In this document: positions 20,567-30,645 of the stretch, one piece after another
Layout: each line of letters begins with the position of its first letter
Numbering within the stretch: position 1 is the stretch's first letter
DNA from: Burkholderiales bacterium
GTDB lineage: Bacteria > Pseudomonadota > Gammaproteobacteria > Burkholderiales > JACQAP01
Assembly (NCBI GenBank): GCA_035275265.1
Contig: DATENC010000017.1
Coordinates: 6,442 to 70,441 of the forward strand
Direction of reading: 5' to 3'
Length of the DNA: 64,000 nucleotides
Translations under genes and position numbers: made by a program
The notes under the pieces: model-generated
Seen by the model: the letters and a program-made list of their open reading frames with translations, nothing else
The model's database searches: none
What the model was told of the DNA's origin: nothing

Positions 20567-23500
20567 GTGGTTCTCAAAAGCAGCCTCTTCATTCTCAAGC
20601 ACGGTTCGATCTGGACGTATCGCCTTGCAACTTACATGGTGCTGGCTGTCGGCATCATTTTCGTCGCTCTGGTGATGGGACTGCGTTATGTGGTCCTGCC
20701 GAACATCAACGACTATCGCGAACCGATAGGACAGGCAATCAGCCGCGCGGCCGGACAACGGGTGGTTATCGGAGCCATCACGGGCAGTTGGAAGGGCTAT
20801 CGTCCCGAACTGAGTTTTCGGGATGTGCGCATCTTCGATTCACGGAACGAGCAGGCGCTTAGTCTGGGCCGGGTAGAGACGGCGCTTTCCTGGCTGTCGC
20901 TGCTCGATGCCGAGGTGCGCTTCGACAGTATCGAGATCATCGAACCGGAGTTGGAAGTCAGACGCGATACCGCTGGCGTGCTGTGGGTCGCGGGCATCGC
21001 GGTCGGACGAGGCCGAGGGGGCGACGGTGGATTTGCGGACTGGCTGCTGACGCAACCTCAAGTGGTGGTGCGCAATGCGCAGGTTGTCTGGCGCGACGAA
21101 GCCCGCGCCGCACCGGATTTGATGCTAACCAAGGTGAATGTTCGTCTCGACGGCGACGGTGAAAGCCATCGCTTTGGATTGAGCGCATCGCCGCCCTCGA
21201 CGGTCGCTTCCGCGATCGTGGCTCGCGGCGACCTGTGGGGCAGTAGTTCGCACGATCTCCAGGCCTGGCGCGGCCGGCTGTACCTCGACATCGGTTCCGC
21301 CGATCTGACGCAGGCGCAGACCTGGATTGCGGTGCCGATTGATGTGGCGCGCGGACTCGGCTCGCTAAGTGTCTGGATGGATCTGGAGAACTCCGAGATA
21401 GCTGCGGCCACCGCTGACCTTCGTTTGGTCGATGTGCAGGCGCGGCTCTCACCGGACCTTCCCGAGCTTGCGCTTGCCAATCTTCGCGGGCGCCTTGGCT
21501 GGGAAAAGCGGGGGTCGCGCACGCAGATAACCGCGCAGTCGCTCGGATTCACGACCGCCGACGGATTGACGCTGGCGCCGATGCAATTGACTTTTAGCCG
21601 TACTGCGACCGACGATGGCCGCCGCCGTTCGGAACTCCGATTGGAAAAGCTCGACCTTGCGCCGGTCGTTGAACTGGCCGAATACCTTCCTCTTGACGCT
21701 TCGCTGCGCGGCCGGCTGGCACGCTCCTTACCTAGCGGCATGGTCGAGGAGGCCCAGTTTTCCTGGGAGGGCGAATGGAATGTCGACCGCGCGTACCTTG
21801 CCCACGCGCGCTTTTCCGGTCTTACGTTGCGGCCGGATGGAATTTTCCCCGGTTTTCGCGGCATCAGTGGCCAGTTCGACGCCAATGAGGCGGGCGGCGT
21901 CGTTTCACTCGGTGCCCGCGACGCTCATGTCGAATTGCCGCGTGTGTTCAGCGAAGAAGTGCCGCTGGACTTTCTGGCCGCGGAGGCGGATTGGAAGTTC
22001 CAGGAGGGGCACACCCTGGTTTCTCTCAAGAGCGTGACGTTTACCAACGATCATATGGCCGGCAATGTGTACGGCTGGTACCGCGCCGATCCCGAAGGAG
22101 GCCGCGGCAGCGCCGATCTTGCAGGGTCGCTTGTGCGCGCCGAGGCGCGCCAGGTATGGCGCTACATCCCGGTATTCGCGCCGGTAACGCAGGCGTGGAT
22201 CAAGCGCGCGTTGCTTGCGGGCGAGTCGCGCGAAACGCGATTCCGGCTGCGGGGTCCGCTCAAGGATTTTCCGTTTGAGGACGACAAGACCGGATTGTTC
22301 GAGGTGAGGACGCGCATGAAGGGGGTGACGCTCGATTATGCCGACGGCTGGCCGCCTCTGACGAACGCAGACGCCGAGGTGGTATTTCACGGCCGGCGCA
22401 TGGATGTGCAGCCCGAGGCCGGTTCGCTCCTGGGGCTGCAGCTTTCCGGCGTGGTCGCATCCATTCCAGTACTCGGCAAGAAGGACGAGCATCTTCTGGT
22501 GAAAGGCGGAGCCGAAGGGCCGACCGCGGAGTTCTTGCGCTTCGTCGAAACCAGCCCGGTGTCGCGCTACATCAACCATTTCACCGAGGACATGAAAGCG
22601 AGCGGCGACGGCCGGCTCGATCTCGACCTGGACTTGCCGTTGCGGCAGATAAGTGACTCCGCGATCTCCGGCGTATTGGTGTTGCGCGACAATCAGGTAA
22701 CTGTGGACCCGCGCTTGCCGCCGCTGGAGGGATTCGACGCGCGCATCGCCTTCACCAGAAAGAGCGTGAGCGTCACCGATGGTCGCGCCCGGCTGGCCGG
22801 CAATCCGCTTTCTTTCGAAGTGTCGAACCGGAAGGACGGCGGCCTGGTACTCAATGTCGCCGGCACGCTGGACGTGGCCCGGTTGCGCACCCTGACGAAC
22901 CACCCCGCGCTGCAGTTCGTGGAAGGGCAGACCGAATGGCGCGGCAACATCGGCATACGCGACAAAATGGCCAACCTCAAATTCGATTCGAATCTGGTAG
23001 GGATCGGCTCGACATTGCCCGCCCCGTTTGCAAAGGCACAAGGTGCCAGCCTGCCCCTGCGGGTGGAGTTGCGCGAACGCCCTGGACGCCAACGCATGCT
23101 CGCGGTCGATCTGGGCACGGTGGCCTCGGCGCGGTTGCTGCTGGATTCTGCTGATCCCGATGGCGTGAGGCGCGGCATGGTAAGTCTGGGCGCGGTTGCT
23201 TCGCTGCCGGCGGTTGACGGCTTGTGGGTGAACGGCAACATGGACGTGGTGGACGTGGATAGCTGGCGACCGATCTTTGCGGGCGATGGCGGCGGCACCG
23301 CCATGGATCTTGCCGGCGCCGATCTGAAGATCGCTATCCTCGATATCAATCGGAGACGGTTCCACGATCTCAGCGTGAATGCGACAAGGAAGGACTCGAT
23401 ATGGGACGCCGCGCTTTCGGGGCGCGAAATCGACGGTCAATTGTCATGGGCACCGGCAGATGAGGGCCATTTGTCCGCGTCCCTGTCGCGGTTCACTTTT

Positions 23501-24379
23501 CCGCCGCTGACCACCACCCTCGAGCCCGGTGCGCCGGACAGTTTTTCGGGCGAGCATTTGCCGTCGATCGATCTGGCCGTTGAGAATTTCAACTATGAGG
23601 GCAAAAACTTGGGCCGCCTTACCCTGCGCGCCGATCCCGATGCGTCCGGCTGGCGCCTGCAGCGCCTGGAGGTGACCAACCCGGATAGCAACTTGAGCAT
23701 CATCGGTCGGTGGGTGGTTGGCGAGGTGTCGCGCACCGACGTTGCGGTGCGGCTGGACGTGCACGACATCGGGAATTTTTTCTCGCGGCTAGGATGGGAA
23801 GGGGTCATGAAAGGCGGTTCGGCTCTGCTCGAAGGACCGGTCGCGTGGACCGGCGGTCCGCATCGGGTCGATATCGCCACGCTTTCCGGAAGGCTCACAC
23901 TGGAAGCCAAGGATGGCCGATTCCGCAAGATTGAGCCGGGTGTGGCAAAGTTGCTGGGCATTCTGAGCCTGCAGGCGCTGCCGCGCCGGATGTCGCTGGA
24001 TTTCGATGACGTGTTCAACAAAGGCTTCAGCTTCGATCGTATCAGCGCCAACCTGAGCATCGCCAACGGCGTGGCGCATACCGAAGACTTCATGATGGAT
24101 GGCTCGGCCGCGCGCGTGGGTATGCGGGGCCAAGTGGCCCTTGCGGCGGAAACCCAGAATCTCGTCTTACGCATAACACCCCTGCTGTCGGAAGGCATTG
24201 CGTTGGCCGGCGCGATCGTAAGCCCGGCGCTGGGGCTTGCGGCCTACCTCGCCCAGAAAGCTCTCAAGGATCCCTTGAGTCAGATCGCGTCTTTCGAGTA
24301 TTCGGTAACCGGCACATGGGCCGATCCGGTAGTGACACCGATGAACAAGCCTGACGAAACTCAATTTCCAAGGCGCTAG
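20567..24379 (+). CDS. yhdP: YhdP-family (AsmA-like) envelope lipid-bridge protein
   Basis: 1270 aa, N-terminal TM, LPNINDYRE, C-terminal LLGILSLQALPRR...GTWADPVV; precedes nit-tldD. Confidence 0.88.
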   Translation: MVLKSSLFILKHGSIWTYRLATYMVLAVGIIFVALVMGLRYVVLPNINDYREPIGQAISRAAGQRVVIGAITGSWKGYRPELSFRDVRIFDSRNEQALSLGRVETALSWLSLLDAEVRFDSIEIIEPELEVRRDTAGVLWVAGIAVGRGRGGDGGFADWLLTQPQVVVRNAQVVWRDEARAAPDLMLTKVNVRLDGDGESHRFGLSASPPSTVASAIVARGDLWGSSSHDLQAWRGRLYLDIGSADLTQAQTWIAVPIDVARGLGSLSVWMDLENSEIAAATADLRLVDVQARLSPDLPELALANLRGRLGWEKRGSRTQITAQSLGFTTADGLTLAPMQLTFSRTATDDGRRRSELRLEKLDLAPVVELAEYLPLDASLRGRLARSLPSGMVEEAQFSWEGEWNVDRAYLAHARFSGLTLRPDGIFPGFRGISGQFDANEAGGVVSLGARDAHVELPRVFSEEVPLDFLAAEADWKFQEGHTLVSLKSVTFTNDHMAGNVYGWYRADPEGGRGSADLAGSLVRAEARQVWRYIPVFAPVTQAWIKRALLAGESRETRFRLRGPLKDFPFEDDKTGLFEVRTRMKGVTLDYADGWPPLTNADAEVVFHGRRMDVQPEAGSLLGLQLSGVVASIPVLGKKDEHLLVKGGAEGPTAEFLRFVETSPVSRYINHFTEDMKASGDGRLDLDLDLPLRQISDSAISGVLVLRDNQVTVDPRLPPLEGFDARIAFTRKSVSVTDGRARLAGNPLSFEVSNRKDGGLVLNVAGTLDVARLRTLTNHPALQFVEGQTEWRGNIGIRDKMANLKFDSNLVGIGSTLPAPFAKAQGASLPLRVELRERPGRQRMLAVDLGTVASARLLLDSADPDGVRRGMVSLGAVASLPAVDGLWVNGNMDVVDVDSWRPIFAGDGGGTAMDLAGADLKIAILDINRRRFHDLSVNATRKDSIWDAALSGREIDGQLSWAPADEGHLSASLSRFTFPPLTTTLEPGAPDSFSGEHLPSIDLAVENFNYEGKNLGRLTLRADPDASGWRLQRLEVTNPDSNLSIIGRWVVGEVSRTDVAVRLDVHDIGNFFSRLGWEGVMKGGSALLEGPVAWTGGPHRVDIATLSGRLTLEAKDGRFRKIEPGVAKLLGILSLQALPRRMSLDFDDVFNKGFSFDRISANLSIANGVAHTEDFMMDGSAARVGMRGQVALAAETQNLVLRITPLLSEGIALAGAIVSPALGLAAYLAQKALKDPLSQIASFEYSVTGTWADPVVTPMNKPDETQFPRR

Positions 24380-24433
24380 GACCCGCTCGGAAGAGGGTTA
24401 CAATTCGCGCTCTTTTTAAGGTTCAGACCACAG

Positions 24434-25333
24434 ATGGCAACCATCACCAGATCGGGATTCGGCAGGGCTAAGGTGCGCGCAGCGCGCGAACACTCTTCCG
24501 CGAGTGGATCAAAAAACCAGCCGCACGGCTTCCGCATAGCCGGGGTTCAGATGGCCTCCGGGCCGAACGTGTCCGCCAACCTCAATGAGGCCGGGCGGTT
24601 GATCGAGATGGCGGTAGCAGAAGGCGCGAAGCTGGTTGCGCTGCCGGAGTACTTCGCCATCATGGGTATGCGTCCAACGGACAAAGTAAAGGCGCGCGAG
24701 AAAGACGGCGATGGACCGATCCAGGCATTTCTCGCGGAGACCGCGGCCAGGCTTGAAATCTGGCTGGTGGGCTGCTCAGTGCCCCTGGAAACCGCAGTCG
24801 AGGGCAAGATCTACAATTCCTGTCAGGTCTACGACGACACCGGAAAAATGGTGGCGCGCTACGACAAGATCCACTTGTTCAGCCTCGACCTTGGCAAGGA
24901 GAAGTTCGCGGAGCAGGGCACCATCGAACCGGGCAAGCACGTCAAGGTGGTGGATTCACCGTTTGGGCGCATCGGCCTTTCGGTATGCTACGACCTGCGT
25001 TTTCCGGAGCTATATCGAGCGATGAAGGATGTGGACATCATCGTGGTCCCGTCCGCATTCACCGAGACCACCGGGCGCGCCCACTGGGAAGCGCTGGTGA
25101 GGGCGCGCGCGATCGAGAACCTGGCATACGTATTGGCGCCGGCGCAGGGGGGCTATCACCTTAGCGGGCGCGAAACGCACGGCGATTCGATGATCGTGGA
25201 CCCGTGGGGAACCGTGCTGGACCGCCTCCCGCGCGGTTCGGGTATTGTCAGTGCCTGGGTCAATCCGGCGTATCAGGCCAGCTTGCGCAAGAGTCTGCCG
25301 GCGCTTACGCATCGGGCGATACACAGGATCTAA
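24434..25333 (+). CDS. Carbon-nitrogen hydrolase (Nit1/deaminated glutathione amidase-like)
   Basis: LPEYF, YDKIHLF, VCYDLRFPE (Glu-Lys-Cys triad), RARAIEN. Confidence 0.9.
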   Translation: MATITRSGFGRAKVRAAREHSSASGSKNQPHGFRIAGVQMASGPNVSANLNEAGRLIEMAVAEGAKLVALPEYFAIMGMRPTDKVKAREKDGDGPIQAFLAETAARLEIWLVGCSVPLETAVEGKIYNSCQVYDDTGKMVARYDKIHLFSLDLGKEKFAEQGTIEPGKHVKVVDSPFGRIGLSVCYDLRFPELYRAMKDVDIIVVPSAFTETTGRAHWEALVRARAIENLAYVLAPAQGGYHLSGRETHGDSMIVDPWGTVLDRLPRGSGIVSAWVNPAYQASLRKSLPALTHRAIHRI

Positions 25334-25337
25334 AGCC

Positions 25338-25450
25338 GGGGGCGAGGGGCAGGGTTTGAATTCTCGGGTAAGAGTCCCGACTTGAGATAAGGCACGAACC
25401 AACGACATTTCCGGACTTCTAACGTTCTTTCCCTCGCTCCTCGTCCCTGA
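25338..25450. repeat. Imperfect inverted repeat made of GGGGCGA/GGGACGA-type heptamers
   Basis: GGGGGCGAGGGGCAGGG (25338-25354) vs CCCTCGCTCCTCGTCCCTGA (25431-25450). Confidence 0.5.
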
Positions 25451-25456
25451 ATCTCC

Positions 25457-26917
25457 ATGCCAAACGATCCGAACAACAACCACGAACTTCTGTTTGCCAC
25501 GGCTGATAGCACGCTGCTTGCTCCCTATGGTCTCGACGCCGGCGGACTGGCGCGCGTGTTTGGCCAGATCATGAGCCACAAGGTGGACTACGCCGACCTG
25601 TACTTCCAGTATTCGCGTTCCGAGGGCTGGAGCCTGGAGGAAGGCATGGTCAAGTCCGGCAGTTTCAACATCGACCAGGGCGTGGGCGTGCGTGCGGTGA
25701 GCGGCGAAAAGACCGCATTCGCCTATTCGGATGACATAAGTGTGCCGGCGCTCGAATCGGCCGCTTACGCCACACGCGCCATCGCGCGCCAGGGCGGCGC
25801 GGGCACGACCCAGGTGGCGAAGCGAACCCAGGGCCGCGAGTTGTATTTGCCGAAGGATCCGCTCGGAAGCCTCCCGGACGAGCGGAAGGTGAAGCTCCTG
25901 GAACAGTTGGAGCGCTACGCACGCGCCCTCGATAACAGGGTGGTACAGGTGATGGCCACGCTGGCCGGAGAATACGAGGTAATCCTGGTAGCGCGCTCCG
26001 ACGGCGTTCTTGCCGCCGATGTGCGGCCGCTGACCCGTCTGTCGCTGCAGGTGATCGTCGAGGAAAACGGCCGGCGCGAGCAGGGCAGTGCCGGCGGCGG
26101 CGGGCGGTTCGACTATGCCTATTTCAGCGACGACATCCTCAGGGACTACGCGGCCAAGGCGGTGCACCAGGCGGCGATCAACCTGTCGGCGCAGCCTGCG
26201 CCGGCGGGCACCATGACCGTCGTGCTCGGACCGGGTTGGCCCGGTGTCCTGCTGCACGAGGCGATCGGCCACGGCCTCGAAGGGGATTTCAATCGCAAGG
26301 GTAGCTCGGCGTTTACCGGGCGCATCGGAGAGCGCGTGGCCGCGGCTGGTGTCACGGTGGTCGATGATGGCACGATCACCAGACGACGCGGATCACTGGC
26401 CGTGGATGACGAGGGCAATCCGACGCAACGCACCGTGCTGATCGAGGATGGGATCCTCAAGGGATATATGCAGGACACCCTCAATGCGCGGCTGATGGGC
26501 GCGTCCCCGACCGGAAACGGCCGCCGCGAATCGTACGCGCATATCACCATGCCGCGCATGACCAACACCTACATGCTCAACGGCGACAAGGATCCGCAAG
26601 AGATAATCGCCTCGGTTAAGCACGGCTTGTACGCCGTCAACTTCGGCGGCGGACAAGTGGACATCGTTAGCGGAAAATTCGTGTTCTCTGCCTCCGAGGC
26701 CTACATGATCGAGGACGGGAAAGTCGCTTACCCGGTCAAAGGTGCCACGTTGATCGGAAACGGCCCGGACGTGTTGACACGCGTGTCGATGATCGGCAAT
26801 GACATGAGCCTTGATTCCGGTATCGGTACCTGCGGCAAGGAAGGGCAGAGCGTGCCGGTGGGCGTGGGGCAGCCGACCCTGCGCATCGACGGACTGACTG
26901 TCGGCGGTACGGCGTAG
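25457..26917 (+). CDS. tldD: Metalloprotease TldD
   Basis: [50 protein letters not shown]. Confidence 0.97.
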   Translation: MPNDPNNNHELLFATADSTLLAPYGLDAGGLARVFGQIMSHKVDYADLYFQYSRSEGWSLEEGMVKSGSFNIDQGVGVRAVSGEKTAFAYSDDISVPALESAAYATRAIARQGGAGTTQVAKRTQGRELYLPKDPLGSLPDERKVKLLEQLERYARALDNRVVQVMATLAGEYEVILVARSDGVLAADVRPLTRLSLQVIVEENGRREQGSAGGGGRFDYAYFSDDILRDYAAKAVHQAAINLSAQPAPAGTMTVVLGPGWPGVLLHEAIGHGLEGDFNRKGSSAFTGRIGERVAAAGVTVVDDGTITRRRGSLAVDDEGNPTQRTVLIEDGILKGYMQDTLNARLMGASPTGNGRRESYAHITMPRMTNTYMLNGDKDPQEIIASVKHGLYAVNFGGGQVDIVSGKFVFSASEAYMIEDGKVAYPVKGATLIGNGPDVLTRVSMIGNDMSLDSGIGTCGKEGQSVPVGVGQPTLRIDGLTVGGTA

Positions 26918-26930
26918 GTGAGGGATTGGG

Positions 26931-27088
26931 GAGAGGGACGAGGGGCGAGGGAAGAGGGTCGACGGACAAGGGGCTAGAGATCCGCAGCTTTCACGCCTTC
27001 ACCCTTCACACCTTCACCCATTGACCTTTCACACCTTCCTCCCACGCTGCTTCCGCCTCGCCCTCTTCCCTCGCCCCTCGTCCCTCTC
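26931..27088. repeat. Perfect 28-bp inverted repeat enclosing CCTTCAC-type tandem heptamers
   Basis: GAGAGGGACGAGGGGCGAGGGAAGAGGG (26931-26958) is the exact reverse complement of 27061-27088; interior has about 6 C(C/T)TTCAC-like units. Confidence 0.85.
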
Positions 27089-27096
27089 GGCACACA

Positions 27097-28227
27097 ATGA
27101 TCCTCATCCTCAGCGACAGCGCCGATCCGCAAAGCCCGGAATACGCGCAATTGATGCAGTCGCTTGCGCGATTGCCGAACATCAAGACGCGGATACACCG
27201 AATCCAGGGTACCGAGCGTTCGGTCACCGAGGTCTATCTGCTCGGCGACACCAAGGCACTTGCCGTCGAAGACATGCGGAGCCTGCCCTGCGTCGAACGG
27301 GTGATCCGGGTGTCGGAGGAGTACCGCGTACTCGGACGCCATCCCGGCGACACGCGGCCCACCCATTTCGACTATCAGGGGCTGCGTTTCGGCCAGGATA
27401 CGTTGCACGTGTTCGCCGGGCTATGCGCGGTGGATACTCGCGAACACGTCGAAATCATGATGCGCACGCTGAAGGATAACGGCCAGCAGTGCACCCGCAT
27501 GGGCGCCTACAAGCCGCGCACCAGTCCATATGCGTTTCAGGGCCACGGCAAGGCCTGCCTGCCTTATGTGTTTGAGCTCGCCGGCACGTACGGCATCAAG
27601 GTAATCGCGATGGAGGTCACCCACGAATCGCAGGTGGAGGAGATCCGGCAGGCGTTGCACGATACCGGCAATCCGACCGGGGTGATGCTGCAGATCGGCA
27701 CGCGCAATACCCAGAACTTCGAGCTGTTGAAGATCGTTGGGCGCCAGAAGGAATTTCCGGTGCTGATCAAGCGCGGTTTCGGTATCACGCTAGACGAGTC
27801 TCTGAACGCGGCCGAATACCTTGCCAGCGAGGGCAATCACAAAGTGGTGTTCGGTCTGCGCGGCATGAAGACCAACCTTGGCGACCCGCACCGCAATTTC
27901 GTCGATTTCTCCCATGTGCCGGCTGTAAAGAGGCTGACCCGCATGCCGGTGTGCGTAGACCCCAGCCACTCGGTGGGCTCGCGCACGGCCGGACCCGACG
28001 GCATCCTCGACGTCATGCACGTCACTGCGCAAGGCGTGCTGGCGGGTGCGAACATGGTGCTGGTGGATTTTCATCCCAACCCGGCGAAGGCGCTGGTGGA
28101 TGGACCGCAGGCTTTGCGGCTGGACGAACTGCCTCACTTCCTCGCCGATGTCGCGATTGCCCGCGAGGCCTGCGTCAAGCGTGCCGAACTGGCGCGGCAT
28201 TACCATGACATGTCGGGCTCCTTCTGA
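27097..28227 (+). CDS. aroF: DAHP synthase type I-beta with N-terminal regulatory domain
   Basis: AYKPRTSPYAFQG, QIGTRNTQNF, KRGFG, VDPSHSVG, DFHP...DGPQAL. Confidence 0.85.
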   Translation: MILILSDSADPQSPEYAQLMQSLARLPNIKTRIHRIQGTERSVTEVYLLGDTKALAVEDMRSLPCVERVIRVSEEYRVLGRHPGDTRPTHFDYQGLRFGQDTLHVFAGLCAVDTREHVEIMMRTLKDNGQQCTRMGAYKPRTSPYAFQGHGKACLPYVFELAGTYGIKVIAMEVTHESQVEEIRQALHDTGNPTGVMLQIGTRNTQNFELLKIVGRQKEFPVLIKRGFGITLDESLNAAEYLASEGNHKVVFGLRGMKTNLGDPHRNFVDFSHVPAVKRLTRMPVCVDPSHSVGSRTAGPDGILDVMHVTAQGVLAGANMVLVDFHPNPAKALVDGPQALRLDELPHFLADVAIAREACVKRAELARHYHDMSGSF

Positions 28228-28354
28228 ACCAAACCTGAGGCGACACCGGATCGGGCTTTACCGGCTGCGGCCGCTCACGCATAATGGATCGGACACTTTC
28301 CGGCCGAGGGAATTTCGGCAATGCCCGAGCGAAGGACTCCGATCCCGCTTTCCA

Positions 28355-28894
28355 ATGAATGTGGCTGATACCGACCTCCAGGAGCCGCAGAACATGCTTC
28401 TGAATACTCTTGAACACCTGGGAGAGGGAACCGCGCTCGCGCAGCAGATCTTCGACATGATTGGCCACTCGAAATTCTTTGCGGATTTCACCCGCGAGGA
28501 CGTCGAGAGGCTTACCGCATTCATGCAGATCTATCGTGGCGAGTCCGCGCAGATGATCATCCGAGAGGGCGACGTCGACGATTTCATGCTGCTGATCATT
28601 CAGGGTCGGGTGGAAATCGTAAAGACCGATTCGCATGGCAATCTTCAGCCGATGACAACGGTCGGGCCTGGCGCCACGCTCGGTGAGATGTCGATGATCG
28701 ACGGCGAACCGCGTTTTGCCACTTGCATGGCGCTGGAAACCACCACATTCGCCGCGTTGTCGCGCGACAGTATGGTGCAGATCATCCTTGAAGAGCCAAG
28801 CCTGGGGGCCAAAGTTCTGGTCAAGTTGGTGACCCTGCTGTCGCAGCGCCTGCGCCAGACCAGCTCCAACCTGCTCCACTACATGGAGCGCTGA
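28355..28894 (+). CDS. Stand-alone cyclic-nucleotide-binding domain protein
   Basis: IIREGDVDDFMLLIIQGRVEI, GEMSMIDGEPRFATC; no HTH extension. Confidence 0.85.
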   Translation: MNVADTDLQEPQNMLLNTLEHLGEGTALAQQIFDMIGHSKFFADFTREDVERLTAFMQIYRGESAQMIIREGDVDDFMLLIIQGRVEIVKTDSHGNLQPMTTVGPGATLGEMSMIDGEPRFATCMALETTTFAALSRDSMVQIILEEPSLGAKVLVKLVTLLSQRLRQTSSNLLHYMER

Positions 28895-28909
28895 GCTCTT
28901 GCGCTGCCA

Positions 28910-29830
28910 ATGCGGCGCCTTTCCTTTTTCGCAAGTCTCGTTATCCAGTTTTTCGCATTGACGGCTCCGGCGGCCGTCGAGGTCATCGACGATCGCGGGG
29001 TCGTCCTGCGCCGCGATTCACCCGCACAGCGGGTCGTTGCGCTCGCGCCGCATCTGACCGAGCTGGTCTTCGCCGCCGGCGCCGGCAATCGTCTGGTCGG
29101 AAAGGTGCGAGGCAGCGATTTTCCGCACGGGGCGCTCACCCTTGCAGAAGTCGGCGACGCCGCGGGACTCGACTTCGAGCGCATCCTGGCATTGCAACCT
29201 GACCTGGTGCTGGCGTGGGGCAGCGGCAATCGCATGGTGGATGTGGAACGTCTGGAGAGGCTCGGGTTGGCTGTGCTGGTACTGGAGCCGCGTCGTCTAG
29301 AGGACATCCCGCGGCATTTGCGAATGCTCGGCATGTTGCTGGGGGACGGCGGGCGCGGACATGCTGCGGCGCTGGCCTTTGCCTTGCGCACAGACCGGCT
29401 GCGCGAGCGCTACGGTGGAAAACCTGCTGTGAGCGTGCTGTTCGAGGCGTGGCATCAACCGCTGATTACCGTCAACGGCGAGCATCTGATCAGCGACGTA
29501 CTGCGGCTCTGCGGTGCGCGCAATGCCTTTGCCGATCTGACGCAACTGGCCGCCGCCGTGTCGCCGGAACAGGTGCTGGCCAGGGACCCGGATGCCATCA
29601 TTATCGGATCCGAAGCCGATGACGCCGGGTCACAAGGCTGGAGGCGTTATCCCTATCTCAAGTCGGTGCGGGCGGAGGCAATATTCTCGGTCTCCGCCGA
29701 TCTCATCACGCGGCAAACGCCGCGCGTTCTCGATGCCGCGGAAAAGATCTGCGCGGATCTCGATACCGTCAGAAGCAGAAGCCCACCTCTCCCCGTCCCT
29801 CTCCCCCAAAGGGCGGAGAGGGTGAAGTAG
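28910..29830 (+). CDS. btuF: Cobalamin-type periplasmic binding protein (BtuF-like)
   Basis: AQRVVALAPHLTELVFAAGAG, DFERILALQPDLV, ADLITRQTPR. Confidence 0.75.
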   Translation: MRRLSFFASLVIQFFALTAPAAVEVIDDRGVVLRRDSPAQRVVALAPHLTELVFAAGAGNRLVGKVRGSDFPHGALTLAEVGDAAGLDFERILALQPDLVLAWGSGNRMVDVERLERLGLAVLVLEPRRLEDIPRHLRMLGMLLGDGGRGHAAALAFALRTDRLRERYGGKPAVSVLFEAWHQPLITVNGEHLISDVLRLCGARNAFADLTQLAAAVSPEQVLARDPDAIIIGSEADDAGSQGWRRYPYLKSVRAEAIFSVSADLITRQTPRVLDAAEKICADLDTVRSRSPPLPVPLPQRAERVK

Positions 29831-29898
29831 CAAAGCGCACAGCAGTCAAACATGTTCTCGGCGCCCTCTCCACGCTAGTGGAGAGGGCGGGGGTGAGG
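29786..29898. repeat. Inverted pair of REP-like CCCTCTCC...GGAGAGGG hairpin elements between convergent genes
   Basis: Hairpin 1: 29797-29804/29815-29822. Hairpin 2: CCCTCTCCAC-GCTA-GTGGAGAGGG 29864-29887, followed by CGGGGGTGAGG. Confidence 0.75.
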
Positions 29899-30615
29899 TC
29901 AGGTTTCCACCAACGGGCCGGCGAACAGCACCGGGCCGCTAGGTAACCCGGTGGGTGAGCCGCCTGCGGGCTCCACGCTCATCGCCAAGCCCTCGGCCTG
30001 GTCCAGTTTTGCCGCCAGCGGCGCGGGCAGGATCAAACTCTGAATGCCGTGAGTGGTGATCAGGCCCAGCGATACTGGCTTTTGGTCTTCACCCGGCAGC
30101 ATCCAAAGCTCCCATGCGGTGCCAGGGGCCATTTCGGCGTGGACGATGACGCGGATGCGCACGACACGTTTTCCGGATTTTCCGGGTTGCCAGGACACCG
30201 TCATCGCCGGATTCCTGGTCTTCAGGTCGTTCATGACCACAACCATCCTGTTGGCATCGACCGGAACCTGATCCAGACGCGGACCCGCGACCATGATCAG
30301 CAACGCCAGCGCCACAAGCCCGCTGGCGATGGACGAGAAACGCCAGAACCACAGGCTTCCCCAGAATCCCGGCCTGGCCTGACTGACAGGGCGGATTCTG
30401 GACTCGATGGCCTGCCATACGCGTGACGGCGGCTCAAGGTCCGGCAACGCCAACGCCAACGGTGTCAGACGTTTTTCCCAGTCGGCCACCGCACGCCGCA
30501 GCGCCGGGTTCTCCCTCAGGTTGATTTCGAACCGGCGGCGGGCGTGCGCGGACATGGTGCCGAGCACATACTCGGCGGCCAGTTTGTTGCGCAGCTCTTC
30601 GTTTGCGAATTTCAT
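29899..30615 (-). CDS. Anti-sigma factor, RskA-like
   Basis: LAAEYVLGTM, single TM, WELWML, LAMSVEPAGGSPTGLPSGPV. Confidence 0.88.
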   Translation of the reverse strand: MKFANEELRNKLAAEYVLGTMSAHARRRFEINLRENPALRRAVADWEKRLTPLALALPDLEPPSRVWQAIESRIRPVSQARPGFWGSLWFWRFSSIASGLVALALLIMVAGPRLDQVPVDANRMVVVMNDLKTRNPAMTVSWQPGKSGKRVVRIRVIVHAEMAPGTAWELWMLPGEDQKPVSLGLITTHGIQSLILPAPLAAKLDQAEGLAMSVEPAGGSPTGLPSGPVLFAGPLVET

Positions 30616-30645
30616 TTTCGCGATCCGGGTTTCAGCAGGTATCCG

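Noticed and set aside
26931-27088. Possible CRISPR array or IS ends
   Set aside because: There are no unique spacers between direct repeats, no cas or transposase gene, and no evident target-site duplication; kept only as a repeat.
28895-28909. Cobalamin riboswitch upstream of the btuF-like gene
   Set aside because: The gap is only 15 nt and no B12-box sequence is visible.
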